Shown in pieces: positions 30,878 through 40,301 of a stretch of 55,793 bases of DNA; positions within the stretch are counted from its first letter, which is position 1, and each line of letters starts with the position of its first letter. Source of the DNA: Coleofasciculus sp. B1-GNL1-01 (lineage in GTDB: Bacteria > Cyanobacteriota > Cyanobacteriia > Cyanobacteriales > Coleofasciculaceae); assembly GCA_040220235.1 (NCBI GenBank), contig JAVJTO010000172.1, one strand, 5' to 3'. The notes under the pieces were generated by a model. It did not search any database and was not told where the DNA came from. It was given only the letters and a program-made list of their open reading frames with translations. The position numbers and the translations under genes are program-made.

Positions 30878-31933
30878 ATGACGAATGACAAAGAGACAAT
30901 TCTCATTGTTGATGATAATCTCACCAACTCAGAAGTGCTGTTAGATTTTGTGAGTGAGGCAGGGTTTCAGGTTATCCTGGCAAGGGATGGTGACAGTGCA
31001 ATCAAAAAAGCTGAAGTTGAGCATCCCGATATCATTTTGCTGGATGTGATTATGCCGGGGATTGATGGGTTTGAAACCTGTCGGCGTCTGAAAGCTAATC
31101 CGGCTACCCAAGATATCCCAGTAATTTTTCTCACCGCCCTGTCGCAAACGGCGGTTATCATCAAAGGATTTGAATTAGGCGCAGTTGATTATATTATTAA
31201 GCCCACTCAGCAGGAAATCGTGTTAGCACGGGTGAATACTCATCTGACGATTCAAAAGCTACGCCAAAATCTGGAAGCCCAAAATCAGCAACTCCAACAG
31301 GAGATTCAGCAGCGTCAGGAGGCTGAGGCAAAACTGCAAAAAGCGAATGCTCAACTGAAACGTTTAGCCACGTTAGATAGTTTAACTCAACTGGCGAATC
31401 GGCATCGATTTGATGAATATTTTAACCAAGTGTGGCGGATTTCGCGACGAGAACAATGGGTGTTGTCGTTGCTTTTATGCGATGTGGATTATTTTAAACT
31501 CTACAATGATACTAAGGGGCATCAAGCTGGGGATGAATGTTTGTATAAGGTGGCGCAAGCAATGAAACAGGTGGTAAAGCGTCCCGCCGATTTAGTCGCC
31601 CGCTATGGAGGAGAAGAATTTGCAGTGATTCTACCGAATACCCCAGCCCAAGGGGCGTTACAAGTTGCCAAATTTATTCAGTCGAAGCTGATTCAGTTGG
31701 GTTTGACGCATCCGCGATCGCCGATTAAAAATTCTGTCACCTTGAGTGTGGGGGTATCTAGCACTGTTCCTTGTCATCAAACCTCTCCGGAAGCGCTAAT
31801 AGCGGCGGCGGATCAAGCATTGTATCAGGCAAAAGAAACGGGACGCGATCGCGCGATTTTTCTGTCACTGGACGATCCTGACTCTCAGAGTGTATGCTCT
31901 ATACCTTCACCCTCTCGTTCCTCACCCCAGTGA
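30878..31933 (+). CDS. REC-GGDEF diguanylate cyclase response regulator
   Basis: IILLDVIMPG REC; RPADLVARYGGEEF (I-site RxxD plus active site). Confidence 0.93.
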   Translation: MTNDKETILIVDDNLTNSEVLLDFVSEAGFQVILARDGDSAIKKAEVEHPDIILLDVIMPGIDGFETCRRLKANPATQDIPVIFLTALSQTAVIIKGFELGAVDYIIKPTQQEIVLARVNTHLTIQKLRQNLEAQNQQLQQEIQQRQEAEAKLQKANAQLKRLATLDSLTQLANRHRFDEYFNQVWRISRREQWVLSLLLCDVDYFKLYNDTKGHQAGDECLYKVAQAMKQVVKRPADLVARYGGEEFAVILPNTPAQGALQVAKFIQSKLIQLGLTHPRSPIKNSVTLSVGVSSTVPCHQTSPEALIAAADQALYQAKETGRDRAIFLSLDDPDSQSVCSIPSPSRSSPQ

Positions 31934-31937
31934 TTGC

Positions 31938-32042
31938 CTGGGAAAGCTGGGGAAGTTGGGGAAGCTGGGGAAGCTGGGGGAGCTGGGGAAGCTGGGGAAG
32001 CTATGTAGAGACGTGCCATGGCACGTCTGGAAGCTAGGGGAG
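31938..32042. repeat. GGGAAGCTG 9-mer array with GTAGAGACGTGCCATGGCACGTCT palindrome
   Basis: Read directly from the sequence. Confidence 0.8.
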
Positions 32043-32253
32043 CAGAGGAATAGGACAATAGTTAGTCTTTTAACGGGAGACAATAAAATAGCTGCGATCG
32101 CCAAGTAAACGTAACAGATTGGCAACAATACCCGTATATCTGCTCTGGCTTGATTTTGAAGTTGGTGTATCTTCCATCTCAGGCTTATCATCTATTGTTT
32201 ACCGTTTATGGCACTTCATCAGGGAATGAATCATGAACGATGAACTATAAACT

Positions 32254-33777
32254 ATGAACCAAACTACGTCAGCCCCGATGAATGATGAACATTCTAATCA
32301 AGGCGTCATCGTTATTGTCGATGATACTCCTCATAATCTCGGTGTCCTCTTCGACTTTTTAACCGATTCTGGCTTCAGAGTTTTGGTGGCGCAGGATGGG
32401 CAAAGCGCTCTGCAAAAAGTCGAGTATGCCAAACCCGATCTCATCTTGCTGGATGTGATGATGCCAGGGATTGATGGCTTTGAAACCTGTCGTCGCCTGA
32501 AAGCGAATCCAGCCACACGGGATATCCCGGTGCTGTTTCTCAGTGCGCTGTCTGATGCAGTGGATAAAGTCAAAGGATTTAATCTGGGAGCCGTAGATTT
32601 CATCACCAAACCCGTACAGCAGGAAGAAGTTAAAGCCAGAGTGACAACGCATCTGGCGCTCCGGAACCTGCAAAAGCGGCTAGAGAAGCAAAATCTGCAA
32701 CTCCAAGCCGAAATTCAAGAACGACAACGAGCAGAAGCTTCCCTGCGTCAAGCGGAAGAGAAATATCGCAGTATCTTTGAACGAGCTACCGAGGGCATTT
32801 TCCAAGCCACGCCGGAGGGACGCTATATCACCGCGAATCCAGCCCTAGCTAAAATTTTAGGCTATACCTCCCCCGAAGACCTCATGGAACAGGTGAGGAA
32901 TATTGGCGAACAACTGTATGTTGAACCCACACGCCAGGAAGAGTTAGCTGCTTTAATACAGCGCTACGATACCTTATCTGACTTTCAGTCTCAGGTTTAT
33001 CGTAAAGATGGCAGCATTATTTGGATTGTGGAAAATATCGATACGGTTAAAGACGAAGCGGGTAAACTCCTCTACTACGAAGGAACAGTATCGGATATTA
33101 CCGAACAAAAACAAGCCGAAGTCGCCCTTACTCGTGCCCGTAAACGTGCCGAACTCCTGCTGTTGAATATCTTACCCCAACCCGTAGCAGAGGTGTTGAA
33201 GCGGGGTCAACGCACGATCGCGGAGAGTTTTAAAGGGGTGACGATTATGTTTGCCGATCTGGTTAATTTTACCAAGTTTTCTACCCAAACCTCACCCACT
33301 CAACTGGTTGAACTGCTGAATCAGATTTTCTCCAAATTTGATCGACTCGTCGAGGAACATGGTGTGGAAAAAATTAAAACCATTGGCGATGCGTATATGG
33401 TGGCGGCGGGACTCCCTCGGCGGCGTCTGGATCATGCTCAGGCGATCGCCCAGATGGCGTTAGAGATGCAGCGAGCCATTGCTGAATTTAATCACGAAAC
33501 CGGAGAAAATTTTCGCCTCAGGATTGGCATCAATAGTGGTCCTGTCGTCGCGGGTGTGATTGGCATTAAAAAGTTTAGCTACGATTTGTGGGGTGACACG
33601 GTGAACACGGCTAGCCGGATGGAGTCTCATGGCTTACCAGGTCGCATTCAGGTAACACAGGCGACCTATGAATTGCTCAAGGATGAATACGAGTTTGAGG
33701 AACGGGGTGTGATTCAGATTAAAGGCAAGGGAGACATGACCACCTATTGGCTGCGGGGTAAAAAAATTAGTTCATAG
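32254..33777 (+). CDS. REC-PAS class III adenylate cyclase
   Basis: MFADLVNFT, KIKTIGDAYM and YDLWGDTVNTASRMES; the Lys/Asp pair indicates ATP specificity. Confidence 0.92.
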   Translation: MNQTTSAPMNDEHSNQGVIVIVDDTPHNLGVLFDFLTDSGFRVLVAQDGQSALQKVEYAKPDLILLDVMMPGIDGFETCRRLKANPATRDIPVLFLSALSDAVDKVKGFNLGAVDFITKPVQQEEVKARVTTHLALRNLQKRLEKQNLQLQAEIQERQRAEASLRQAEEKYRSIFERATEGIFQATPEGRYITANPALAKILGYTSPEDLMEQVRNIGEQLYVEPTRQEELAALIQRYDTLSDFQSQVYRKDGSIIWIVENIDTVKDEAGKLLYYEGTVSDITEQKQAEVALTRARKRAELLLLNILPQPVAEVLKRGQRTIAESFKGVTIMFADLVNFTKFSTQTSPTQLVELLNQIFSKFDRLVEEHGVEKIKTIGDAYMVAAGLPRRRLDHAQAIAQMALEMQRAIAEFNHETGENFRLRIGINSGPVVAGVIGIKKFSYDLWGDTVNTASRMESHGLPGRIQVTQATYELLKDEYEFEERGVIQIKGKGDMTTYWLRGKKISS

Positions 33778-34175
33778 TTCAGGGTTCATGGTTCATGGTT
33801 CATGGTATTCACGGCTTTCCCAGCCAGCTAGAACAAAAAGCTCAAAGGCTTCAGAGTAGAGGGTAGATGGCTCCCAGGAAAAAGTACTCAAGCTATAAAG
33901 GGGATTTCGGGCATCAGATTTGGTATTAATGGTGCAACTCCTGTATTTAGTGTGAAAATGATTAATATTTAAACTGAACACCCTAGATATAGGATACACC
34001 CAACTTAAATCTTAGACTGAACTCACAAGCTAGGCGGAAAAATTTCGGCGTTGGAGAATGACAAATCCGCGATCGCGCTGATGTTTCGCTTTGATAAGTG
34101 ATCATGAAAATATGACCCAGCCCCATCAACCTGTGCTACTATCTGGAATAATATTCACTTTATTTCGATCTCCTA

Positions 34176-34673
34176 ATGAGCAAGGTTCTGGTGTTAAACG
34201 CCTCCTACGAACCGCTCAATGTCACCAATTGGCGGCGAGCGGTTGTTTTGATGCTCAAAGGCAAAGCGGAACAGATTGAACACAACGGCAAATATGTCTA
34301 TCCAGAGTTACCGCTTCCCACAGTTATTCGCTTGCGCCATTATGTTCGGGTTCCTTACAAAGAAATTCCCTTAACCCGCCGCAATATCCTCTACCGTGAT
34401 AGTCATTCTTGTCAATACTGCGGATACACGGGAGATGATTTAACCCTCGATCATGTGATTCCGCGTTCTCGACACGGGGGAGATTCTTGGGAAAACATTG
34501 TTACCGCCTGTGTACGGTGTAATGTCAAAAAAGGGAACCGAACCCCTAAGGAAGCCAACATGATATTACGACATCAACCCCGCAGACCCTATAGCAGTTT
34601 GCACTTTGAGGTGGCTAAACAGGTTAAAGGTGGAGTCCATCAGGAGTGGCGAAAGTATGTGATTGGTGTTTAA
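34176..34673 (+). CDS. HNH endonuclease (conserved McrA-like family)
   Basis: VLVLNASYEPL; CQYCG...LTLDHVIPRS.GG.SWENIVTAC..CN..K. Confidence 0.92.
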   Translation: MSKVLVLNASYEPLNVTNWRRAVVLMLKGKAEQIEHNGKYVYPELPLPTVIRLRHYVRVPYKEIPLTRRNILYRDSHSCQYCGYTGDDLTLDHVIPRSRHGGDSWENIVTACVRCNVKKGNRTPKEANMILRHQPRRPYSSLHFEVAKQVKGGVHQEWRKYVIGV

Positions 34674-34804
34674 GATCCCTGAAAAAATTGAATTTCAGAT
34701 ATTGGGCTATGGGCTATAAGTTATAAGAGTGGGTTCCAATGCCCATGCAATCACCAGCCCCTATTCCAGGAGCGATTGGTGTAAAACTATGATGGCTGAA
34801 TACC

Positions 34805-36085
34805 TTGCCCACGATGGAATCCAACTCACTTAAATCTGTCAATAATAACGCTCTACCCCCTAAAGCATCACCTTCGGATGGGAGTGCGGCGGCTTCACAC
34901 CAACAGAAAACTTCCCCAAAAAATCCCAAGAACCGCAGTAACAATACCGGTGAACGTCAGCGGCGTTTTGATGCATCCCAAGCTAAAATAGGAGAACTGC
35001 AACAGGTTTTAGATCGTCACAGTTCAGAACGCCAGCTTATTGTCATTCAAGATTTCCCTGATCCTGATGCTCTATCGAGTGCTTGGGCGTACCAGTTAAT
35101 TGCCCAACAGTACAATATTCAATGTGACATTGTATATGCAGGAACTTTGTCTCATCAGGAAAACATTGCCTTGGTCAAGTTGACCAACTTACCCGCTAAG
35201 CGCTGGGGAATTCAGACATTGAAGGATCGGGATTTCTCCGTGTATCAAGGGTGTGTCCTAGTTGACAATCAGGGAACCACAACCCAATTAATGCCCTTTG
35301 TCAAACAAGCTGGTCTTCCCATTGTCGTCCTGATTGACCATCACAACCCTCAGGATAATCTGGAGGCAGAATTTACCGATTTACGCCCTCAGACAAGGGC
35401 AACTGCCACTATCCTCAGCCAATACCTACAAACTGGGTTACTCAAGCTTGATAGTAGCATTAGTACCCATGTTAAGTGTGCTACAGCACTAATGCACGGT
35501 CTACGTGCCGATACCGATCGCTTGATGCGGGCGACGGAAGAAGATTTCCTAGCGGCGGCGTATTTGAGCCGTTTCTATGACGTACAGTTACTCAATGCTG
35601 TCCTGCAAACCGCGCGATCGCGACGAGTCATGGATGTGATTGAGCGATCGCTGAAAAACCGTATTGTTCAGAATAATTTCTCGATGGCGGGGGTAGGCTA
35701 TTTACGGTACGATGACCGGGATGCAATTCCCCAAGCCGCTGACTTTTTGGTGACTGAAGAAAATGTCCATACGGCTGTCGTTTACGGGATTGTCCACAAC
35801 GAAGACGAAGAAGTCGAAGTTGTGATTGGTTCCTTGAGAACCAGTAAAATCACCCTTGATCCCGACGAATTTATTAAAGAAGCCTTTGGTCAAGATAATC
35901 AGGGACGATTCTTTGGTGGCGGACGCATGACCGCTGGTGGTTTTGAAATTCCCATTGGTTTCTTAGGGGGTTTCAATGATAATACCGAATTCACCAAGCT
36001 CAAGTGGGAAGTCTTTGATATTCAAATTAAGCAAAAACTTTGGCGTTTAGTTAATCCCAAAGATAATGTAATTCATGCTGATTAA
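34805..36085 (+). CDS. DHH-family phosphoesterase (NrnA-like)
   Basis: PDPDA, LVDN, IDHH, DT and GGGR motifs. Confidence 0.88.
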   Translation: MPTMESNSLKSVNNNALPPKASPSDGSAAASHQQKTSPKNPKNRSNNTGERQRRFDASQAKIGELQQVLDRHSSERQLIVIQDFPDPDALSSAWAYQLIAQQYNIQCDIVYAGTLSHQENIALVKLTNLPAKRWGIQTLKDRDFSVYQGCVLVDNQGTTTQLMPFVKQAGLPIVVLIDHHNPQDNLEAEFTDLRPQTRATATILSQYLQTGLLKLDSSISTHVKCATALMHGLRADTDRLMRATEEDFLAAAYLSRFYDVQLLNAVLQTARSRRVMDVIERSLKNRIVQNNFSMAGVGYLRYDDRDAIPQAADFLVTEENVHTAVVYGIVHNEDEEVEVVIGSLRTSKITLDPDEFIKEAFGQDNQGRFFGGGRMTAGGFEIPIGFLGGFNDNTEFTKLKWEVFDIQIKQKLWRLVNPKDNVIHAD

Positions 36086-36264
36086 ATGAGTGTGGCTCCC
36101 TATATTGCAGCCTCCACATCCACATTTATTCAGGCGATTATGAAAGCATTATCCAATCCACAAGTTAATATGAAGCTATAGCCGATCAGACCTTCAGACA
36201 CCGTGGTTCTTAGCTACGTTGCTGGGGTTGAATTTGGCACTCCCAAAGCCCATATCGTGGAAAA

Positions 36265-36822
36265 ATGCAGGACATAGAAACTCTTCACCGAGAAGCAATG
36301 GAATTGGTAGACCAGGCGGTCTTAGCCCGTCAACGGGGCGATGCTAAGGTAATGCGAGAGTTTTCTCAAGCCGCCTTTGCCAAAGAACGGGCAGCGGCTG
36401 ATTTAGTTGCCAATCAACTTGACCTGGAACCCACCCGCTCTGTTTTACATTGTAGTGCCGCCGTTCTTGCGCTGGAGTGTGGTGAACTCCAAGAAGCCGA
36501 ACGACTTATTAAACAGACACTCGCTGGGAATCTTCCCGATGATATTGTTATCCTAGCAGCTAAGTGGGCTTGTGATACAGCCTCAGCGATGGTCAATGCC
36601 GTTCTCGATCGAATTCCTCCATCATTTAGCCAAGATAATGAACAAATAAATTTATACAAATCTATGTTTCAGCCGATTAAAGCACAAGATCAGCATATTT
36701 TAGAGGAAGATCGCCGTAGTCGAGAAGCTGCTGTTGCTCAAGCCAATAAAGTTTGGACACATCTACAGGAAACATACGGAGAGTTTCCTGATTCCGTTGA
36801 ATTGCTGCGCCAGGATCGGTAA
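36265..36822 (+). CDS. Hypothetical helical protein with antitoxin-like C-terminus
   Basis: Ends FPDSVELLRQDR, 8 bp before a PIN gene. Confidence 0.6.
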   Translation: MQDIETLHREAMELVDQAVLARQRGDAKVMREFSQAAFAKERAAADLVANQLDLEPTRSVLHCSAAVLALECGELQEAERLIKQTLAGNLPDDIVILAAKWACDTASAMVNAVLDRIPPSFSQDNEQINLYKSMFQPIKAQDQHILEEDRRSREAAVAQANKVWTHLQETYGEFPDSVELLRQDR

Positions 36823-36830
36823 AGGCAGCG

Positions 36831-37259
36831 GTGAAAAAGGTTGTAATTGATAGCAGTGTAGCAATCAAATGGTATGTCCCCCAGCCATACTCCTCACAAG
36901 CTATTCAAATTCTTAATGATTATCAAGCCGGAATGATTGCCCTACTTGCACCAGATTTAATCTATGCTGAAGTCGGAAACATCACCTGGAAACTGTATCG
37001 GTTGCAAGGGTTATCTGCATCTGATGCACAGACTATTATTGATGCATTCCAATTGGTAAAGTTTAATATAGTTCCAGCCGCTTCACTGTTGAATGATGCT
37101 TATCAATTCGCTGTAACCTATCAACGCAGTGTATACGATAGTTTGTATATCGCTTGGAGTCTTCGACAGCGGTGTCAATTCGTAACGGCTGATCAAAAAC
37201 TGGTTAACGCTGTAAGCGCGACCCATCCAAATGTTATTTCCATTGCGAATTGGTCTTAA
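36831..37259 (+). CDS. vapC: VapC-type PIN-domain toxin
   Basis: VVIDSSVAIKW, APDLIYAEV.N, SVYDSLY and FVTAD motifs. Confidence 0.88.
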   Translation: MKKVVIDSSVAIKWYVPQPYSSQAIQILNDYQAGMIALLAPDLIYAEVGNITWKLYRLQGLSASDAQTIIDAFQLVKFNIVPAASLLNDAYQFAVTYQRSVYDSLYIAWSLRQRCQFVTADQKLVNAVSATHPNVISIANWS

Positions 37260-37453
37260 GCCCGCCACAATTCAATGTTATTACCGTAAATTATAGTGTT
37301 TCCCAGTCTGTTGAATCCTGTACCAAGGGCGCAAGGATGGTATCCCTACAGTTGGATGTACAACATCGGCTTAGGAACAGCGATAAAATAAAATCTTGAT
37401 TGTATTCTTGGAGAATCCTACAATTTGAATTTTCAGGAAAAAATAAAAAACGG

Positions 37454-37957
37454 ATGACGATAGAACTGTACCTGATCCGTCATGGCATCGCTGCCGATCG
37501 CGAAGACTATGCCAACGATGAAGATCGTCCCCTAACCAACAAAGGGCGCAAAAGAACCACCAAAGTCGCCAAGCAACTGCGCGATCGCGGTTTGCATTTT
37601 GACCAAATATTAACCAGTCCCTTAGTCCGAGCGCAACAAACCGCCACGATTCTGCAAGAGGTTGGTTTAGGTGAGCAACTCAACGAATTTCCCAGCCTTG
37701 CGCCTGAGGGGGATATTCACACCTGGGTTAACTGGCTACAGGAATGGCGTCAAAACCGGAACAGGGAAAGCTATTTAGCGTTAGTTGGTCATCAACCGGA
37801 TTTAGGCAATTGGGCAGAATTGTTGGTTTGGGGAGAAGCACAAGAAAAACTCATCCTCAAGAAAGCGGGCGTTATTGGGCTAAACCTGAAAGAAACAGGA
37901 GTACCTCTAGGTCACAGTGAGCTATTTTTGCTAACCTCCCCAAAATGGCTAATCTAA
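37454..37957 (+). CDS. sixA: Phosphohistidine phosphatase SixA
   Basis: LYLIRHGIA, RPLT, TSPLVRAQQTA, LVGHQP; upstream of gltA. Confidence 0.92.
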   Translation: MTIELYLIRHGIAADREDYANDEDRPLTNKGRKRTTKVAKQLRDRGLHFDQILTSPLVRAQQTATILQEVGLGEQLNEFPSLAPEGDIHTWVNWLQEWRQNRNRESYLALVGHQPDLGNWAELLVWGEAQEKLILKKAGVIGLNLKETGVPLGHSELFLLTSPKWLI

Positions 37958-37976
37958 GCAATCCTTAAGACTTTTT

Positions 37977-38019
37977 GTAACACACACTACTAATCTGACA
38001 GTTTCTGGTAAGTTAGCCT
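37977..38019 (+). promoter_or_regulatory. Possible NtcA-type promoter of gltA (GTAACACACACTAC-N23-TAGCCT)
   Basis: GTA-N8-TAC at 37977-37990 with TAN3T at 38014-38019. Confidence 0.4.
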
Positions 38020-38049
38020 GAGAACACTTCAAACATATTTGGTAGTTCT

Positions 38050-39207
38050 ATGACTGTTTGCGAGTATAAACCAGGTTTAGAAGGCATTCCCGCTGCCCAA
38101 TCCAGTATCAGCTATGTTGATGGAAAACAGGGAATCTTAGAGTATCGCGGTATTCGGATTGAAGAACTCGCCACAAAAAGCACGTTCCTGGAAACCGCTT
38201 ATCTCCTGATTTGGGGTGAGCTACCAACCAAGGAGGAGCTAGAAGCGTTTAAGATGGACATTCTTTACCATCGACGGATTAAATATCGGATTCGGGACAT
38301 GATGAAATGTTTCCCGGAAACCGGACATCCGATGGATGCGCTGCAAGCGTCCGCAGCAGCGTTGGGTCTGTTTTACTCAAAACGCGCTCTGCCAAATCCC
38401 AATTATATCCGGGAAGCGGTTGTGCGCCTGTTGGCGAAAATCCCGACAATGGTAGCAGCATTTAAGCTGATGCGGAAGGGGAATGACCCGGTGAAGCCAA
38501 ACGATGATTTAGACTATTCCGCTAATTTTCTTTACATGCTCACTGAGCAAGAACCCGATCCCCTAGAGGCTCACGTCTTCGATGTTTGCTTAACACTCCA
38601 TGCGGAACATACGATCAATGCGTCTACGTTCTCAGCCATGGTGACGGCTTCGACGCTGACTGACCCCTATGCGGTAATTGCATCAGCCGTTGGTACCCTC
38701 GCCGGTCCCTTGCATGGGGGGGCGAATGAAGAAGTGATTTCAATGCTCGAAGAAATTGGTTCGGTGGAAAACGTGCGTCCTTATCTAGAGGATTGTTTAC
38801 AGCGCAAGGCAAAAATCATGGGATTTGGTCACCGCGTCTATAAGGTTAAAGATCCACGCGCCACGATTCTCCAGAATTTAGCCGAACAATTGTTTGATAA
38901 GTTTGGTTCCGATAAATACTACGAAATTGCCGTGGAGTTAGAACAGGCGGTTGAGGAAAAACTGGGATATAAAGGAATTTACGCGAATGTAGATTTCTAT
39001 TCCGGTTTGGTTTATCGGAAACTGGGTATTCCCACCGACTTGTTTACTCCTATATTCGCGATCGCGCGGGTAGCGGGTTGGCTAGCGCACTGGAAGGAAC
39101 AACTAGGAGAAAACCGGATTTTCCGACCTACCCAAATTTATACTGGTGATCACGACGTCACTTATGTTCCCATCCAGGAACGGACATCACAAATCCCCTT
39201 AGTGTAA
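38050..39207 (+). CDS. gltA: Citrate synthase
   Basis: HAEHTINAST, GPLHGGAN, MGFGHRVYK, NVDFYSG. Confidence 0.97.
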   Translation: MTVCEYKPGLEGIPAAQSSISYVDGKQGILEYRGIRIEELATKSTFLETAYLLIWGELPTKEELEAFKMDILYHRRIKYRIRDMMKCFPETGHPMDALQASAAALGLFYSKRALPNPNYIREAVVRLLAKIPTMVAAFKLMRKGNDPVKPNDDLDYSANFLYMLTEQEPDPLEAHVFDVCLTLHAEHTINASTFSAMVTASTLTDPYAVIASAVGTLAGPLHGGANEEVISMLEEIGSVENVRPYLEDCLQRKAKIMGFGHRVYKVKDPRATILQNLAEQLFDKFGSDKYYEIAVELEQAVEEKLGYKGIYANVDFYSGLVYRKLGIPTDLFTPIFAIARVAGWLAHWKEQLGENRIFRPTQIYTGDHDVTYVPIQERTSQIPLV

Positions 39208-39264
39208 AACAGGGTGATCGCTTCTCCCAAAAACTAAACTGAAAGGAGGAGCGATCGCTAGTTA

Positions 39265-39585
39265 TTAGCGATGGTTTCTTGGAGATAGTAAACGAAAGAG
39301 TATTATATCTTTCACTCCTAGATAAATAACCAGGAAATTCAATAGAACATAGCTAAACTGCAAGATAGGGTCAAGTCGCCATCCTTGGAAAAAGAGAATA
39401 AAACCCGCCATCAGCAGAAACAAAGGGGCAATGATTGCTTGAATGATATAAAGAACTATTCCTGTAACCCCGATATCTCTTCTCCTAGCGATGGGTAGAG
39501 CAACAGATATAGCTAAGTAGGCTATAGATAAAAAGATGTCCAGAAGTCCTAAAAGTGTTGCCGAGTTCAAACCGAAATTAACCAT
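39265..39585 (-). CDS. Ycf66 N-terminal-domain membrane protein
   Basis: MVNFGLNSA and GFILFFQGWRLDPILQF motifs. Confidence 0.75.
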   Translation of the reverse strand: MVNFGLNSATLLGLLDIFLSIAYLAISVALPIARRRDIGVTGIVLYIIQAIIAPLFLLMAGFILFFQGWRLDPILQFSYVLLNFLVIYLGVKDIILFRLLSPRNHR

Positions 39586-39591
39586 AATTTA

Positions 39592-40017
39592 CTACTGACT
39601 AATAGTTGAATTTTTCTGGGCATAATTGAGATTCTCTTGATACTCGGCTACTTTTTGCTGGGCAAGGCTATGTTGAGGATGGGAAGGGGGTACAGCATCC
39701 ATGAGTGCGATCGCGTCTTGCCAATGACTCACCACGATGTCCCATTCTTCTGGGGTTTGCGCCGATTGAGTCAATGTCGCCGCATGCATAGCTTGATTCA
39801 CAGCGTTCTGAAAGGGTTCAGGTTGAGAAGATAGCGTAGGCGAAGGCGAACTCGGTGAGGATGAAATACTGGGTTGAGTTTGACCTACTGTAGAGGAGAG
39901 AGACGCATCGGGGGAGTTATCTAAGGGTTCTATGTCAGACAATTCTATTTCCTTGACACTGAAGGATATTGACTCGGCTTGTACAGGTATAATTGATTTA
40001 AGGTCAAACCCTTTCAT
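39592..40017 (-). CDS. Hypothetical protein with a cyanobacterial helical C-terminal domain
   Basis: Ser/Pro linker, then AVNQAM.AA.LTQSA....EW...W..AI.LM..VP...Y..NL.YA. Confidence 0.65.
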   Translation of the reverse strand: MKGFDLKSIIPVQAESISFSVKEIELSDIEPLDNSPDASLSSTVGQTQPSISSSPSSPSPTLSSQPEPFQNAVNQAMHAATLTQSAQTPEEWDIVVSHWQDAIALMDAVPPSHPQHSLAQQKVAEYQENLNYAQKNSTISQ

Positions 40018-40301
40018 CTCCTTGCACCACTATCAGGGAAAATGTACCATTGCTACCCCTGCTCCCTCTACTCCCTCTGCTCCCCCTGCTCTTTACCCCC
40101 ACCACAAGACTTATTCAGCAGACCCTAGGTATCGTATCAGCCACGGTCAACTGAAATTCTCGCTTGTCTTGGCTAAGGGGATCACGTCGAACGATATACT
40201 AGGCAGTGAGGCTGTCAAAAAAACTTCACAAATCAAACCGATAGCATAATTTGATACGGTAAGTGTCAAATTACCTCAGTAAATATCACGTAGCTGCCAA
40301 G

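Noticed and set aside
34176..34673. HNH gene as a CIS effector or defence nuclease
   Set aside because: It belongs to the conserved stand-alone VLVLNASYEPL family in a housekeeping context, with no immunity or methylase gene nearby.
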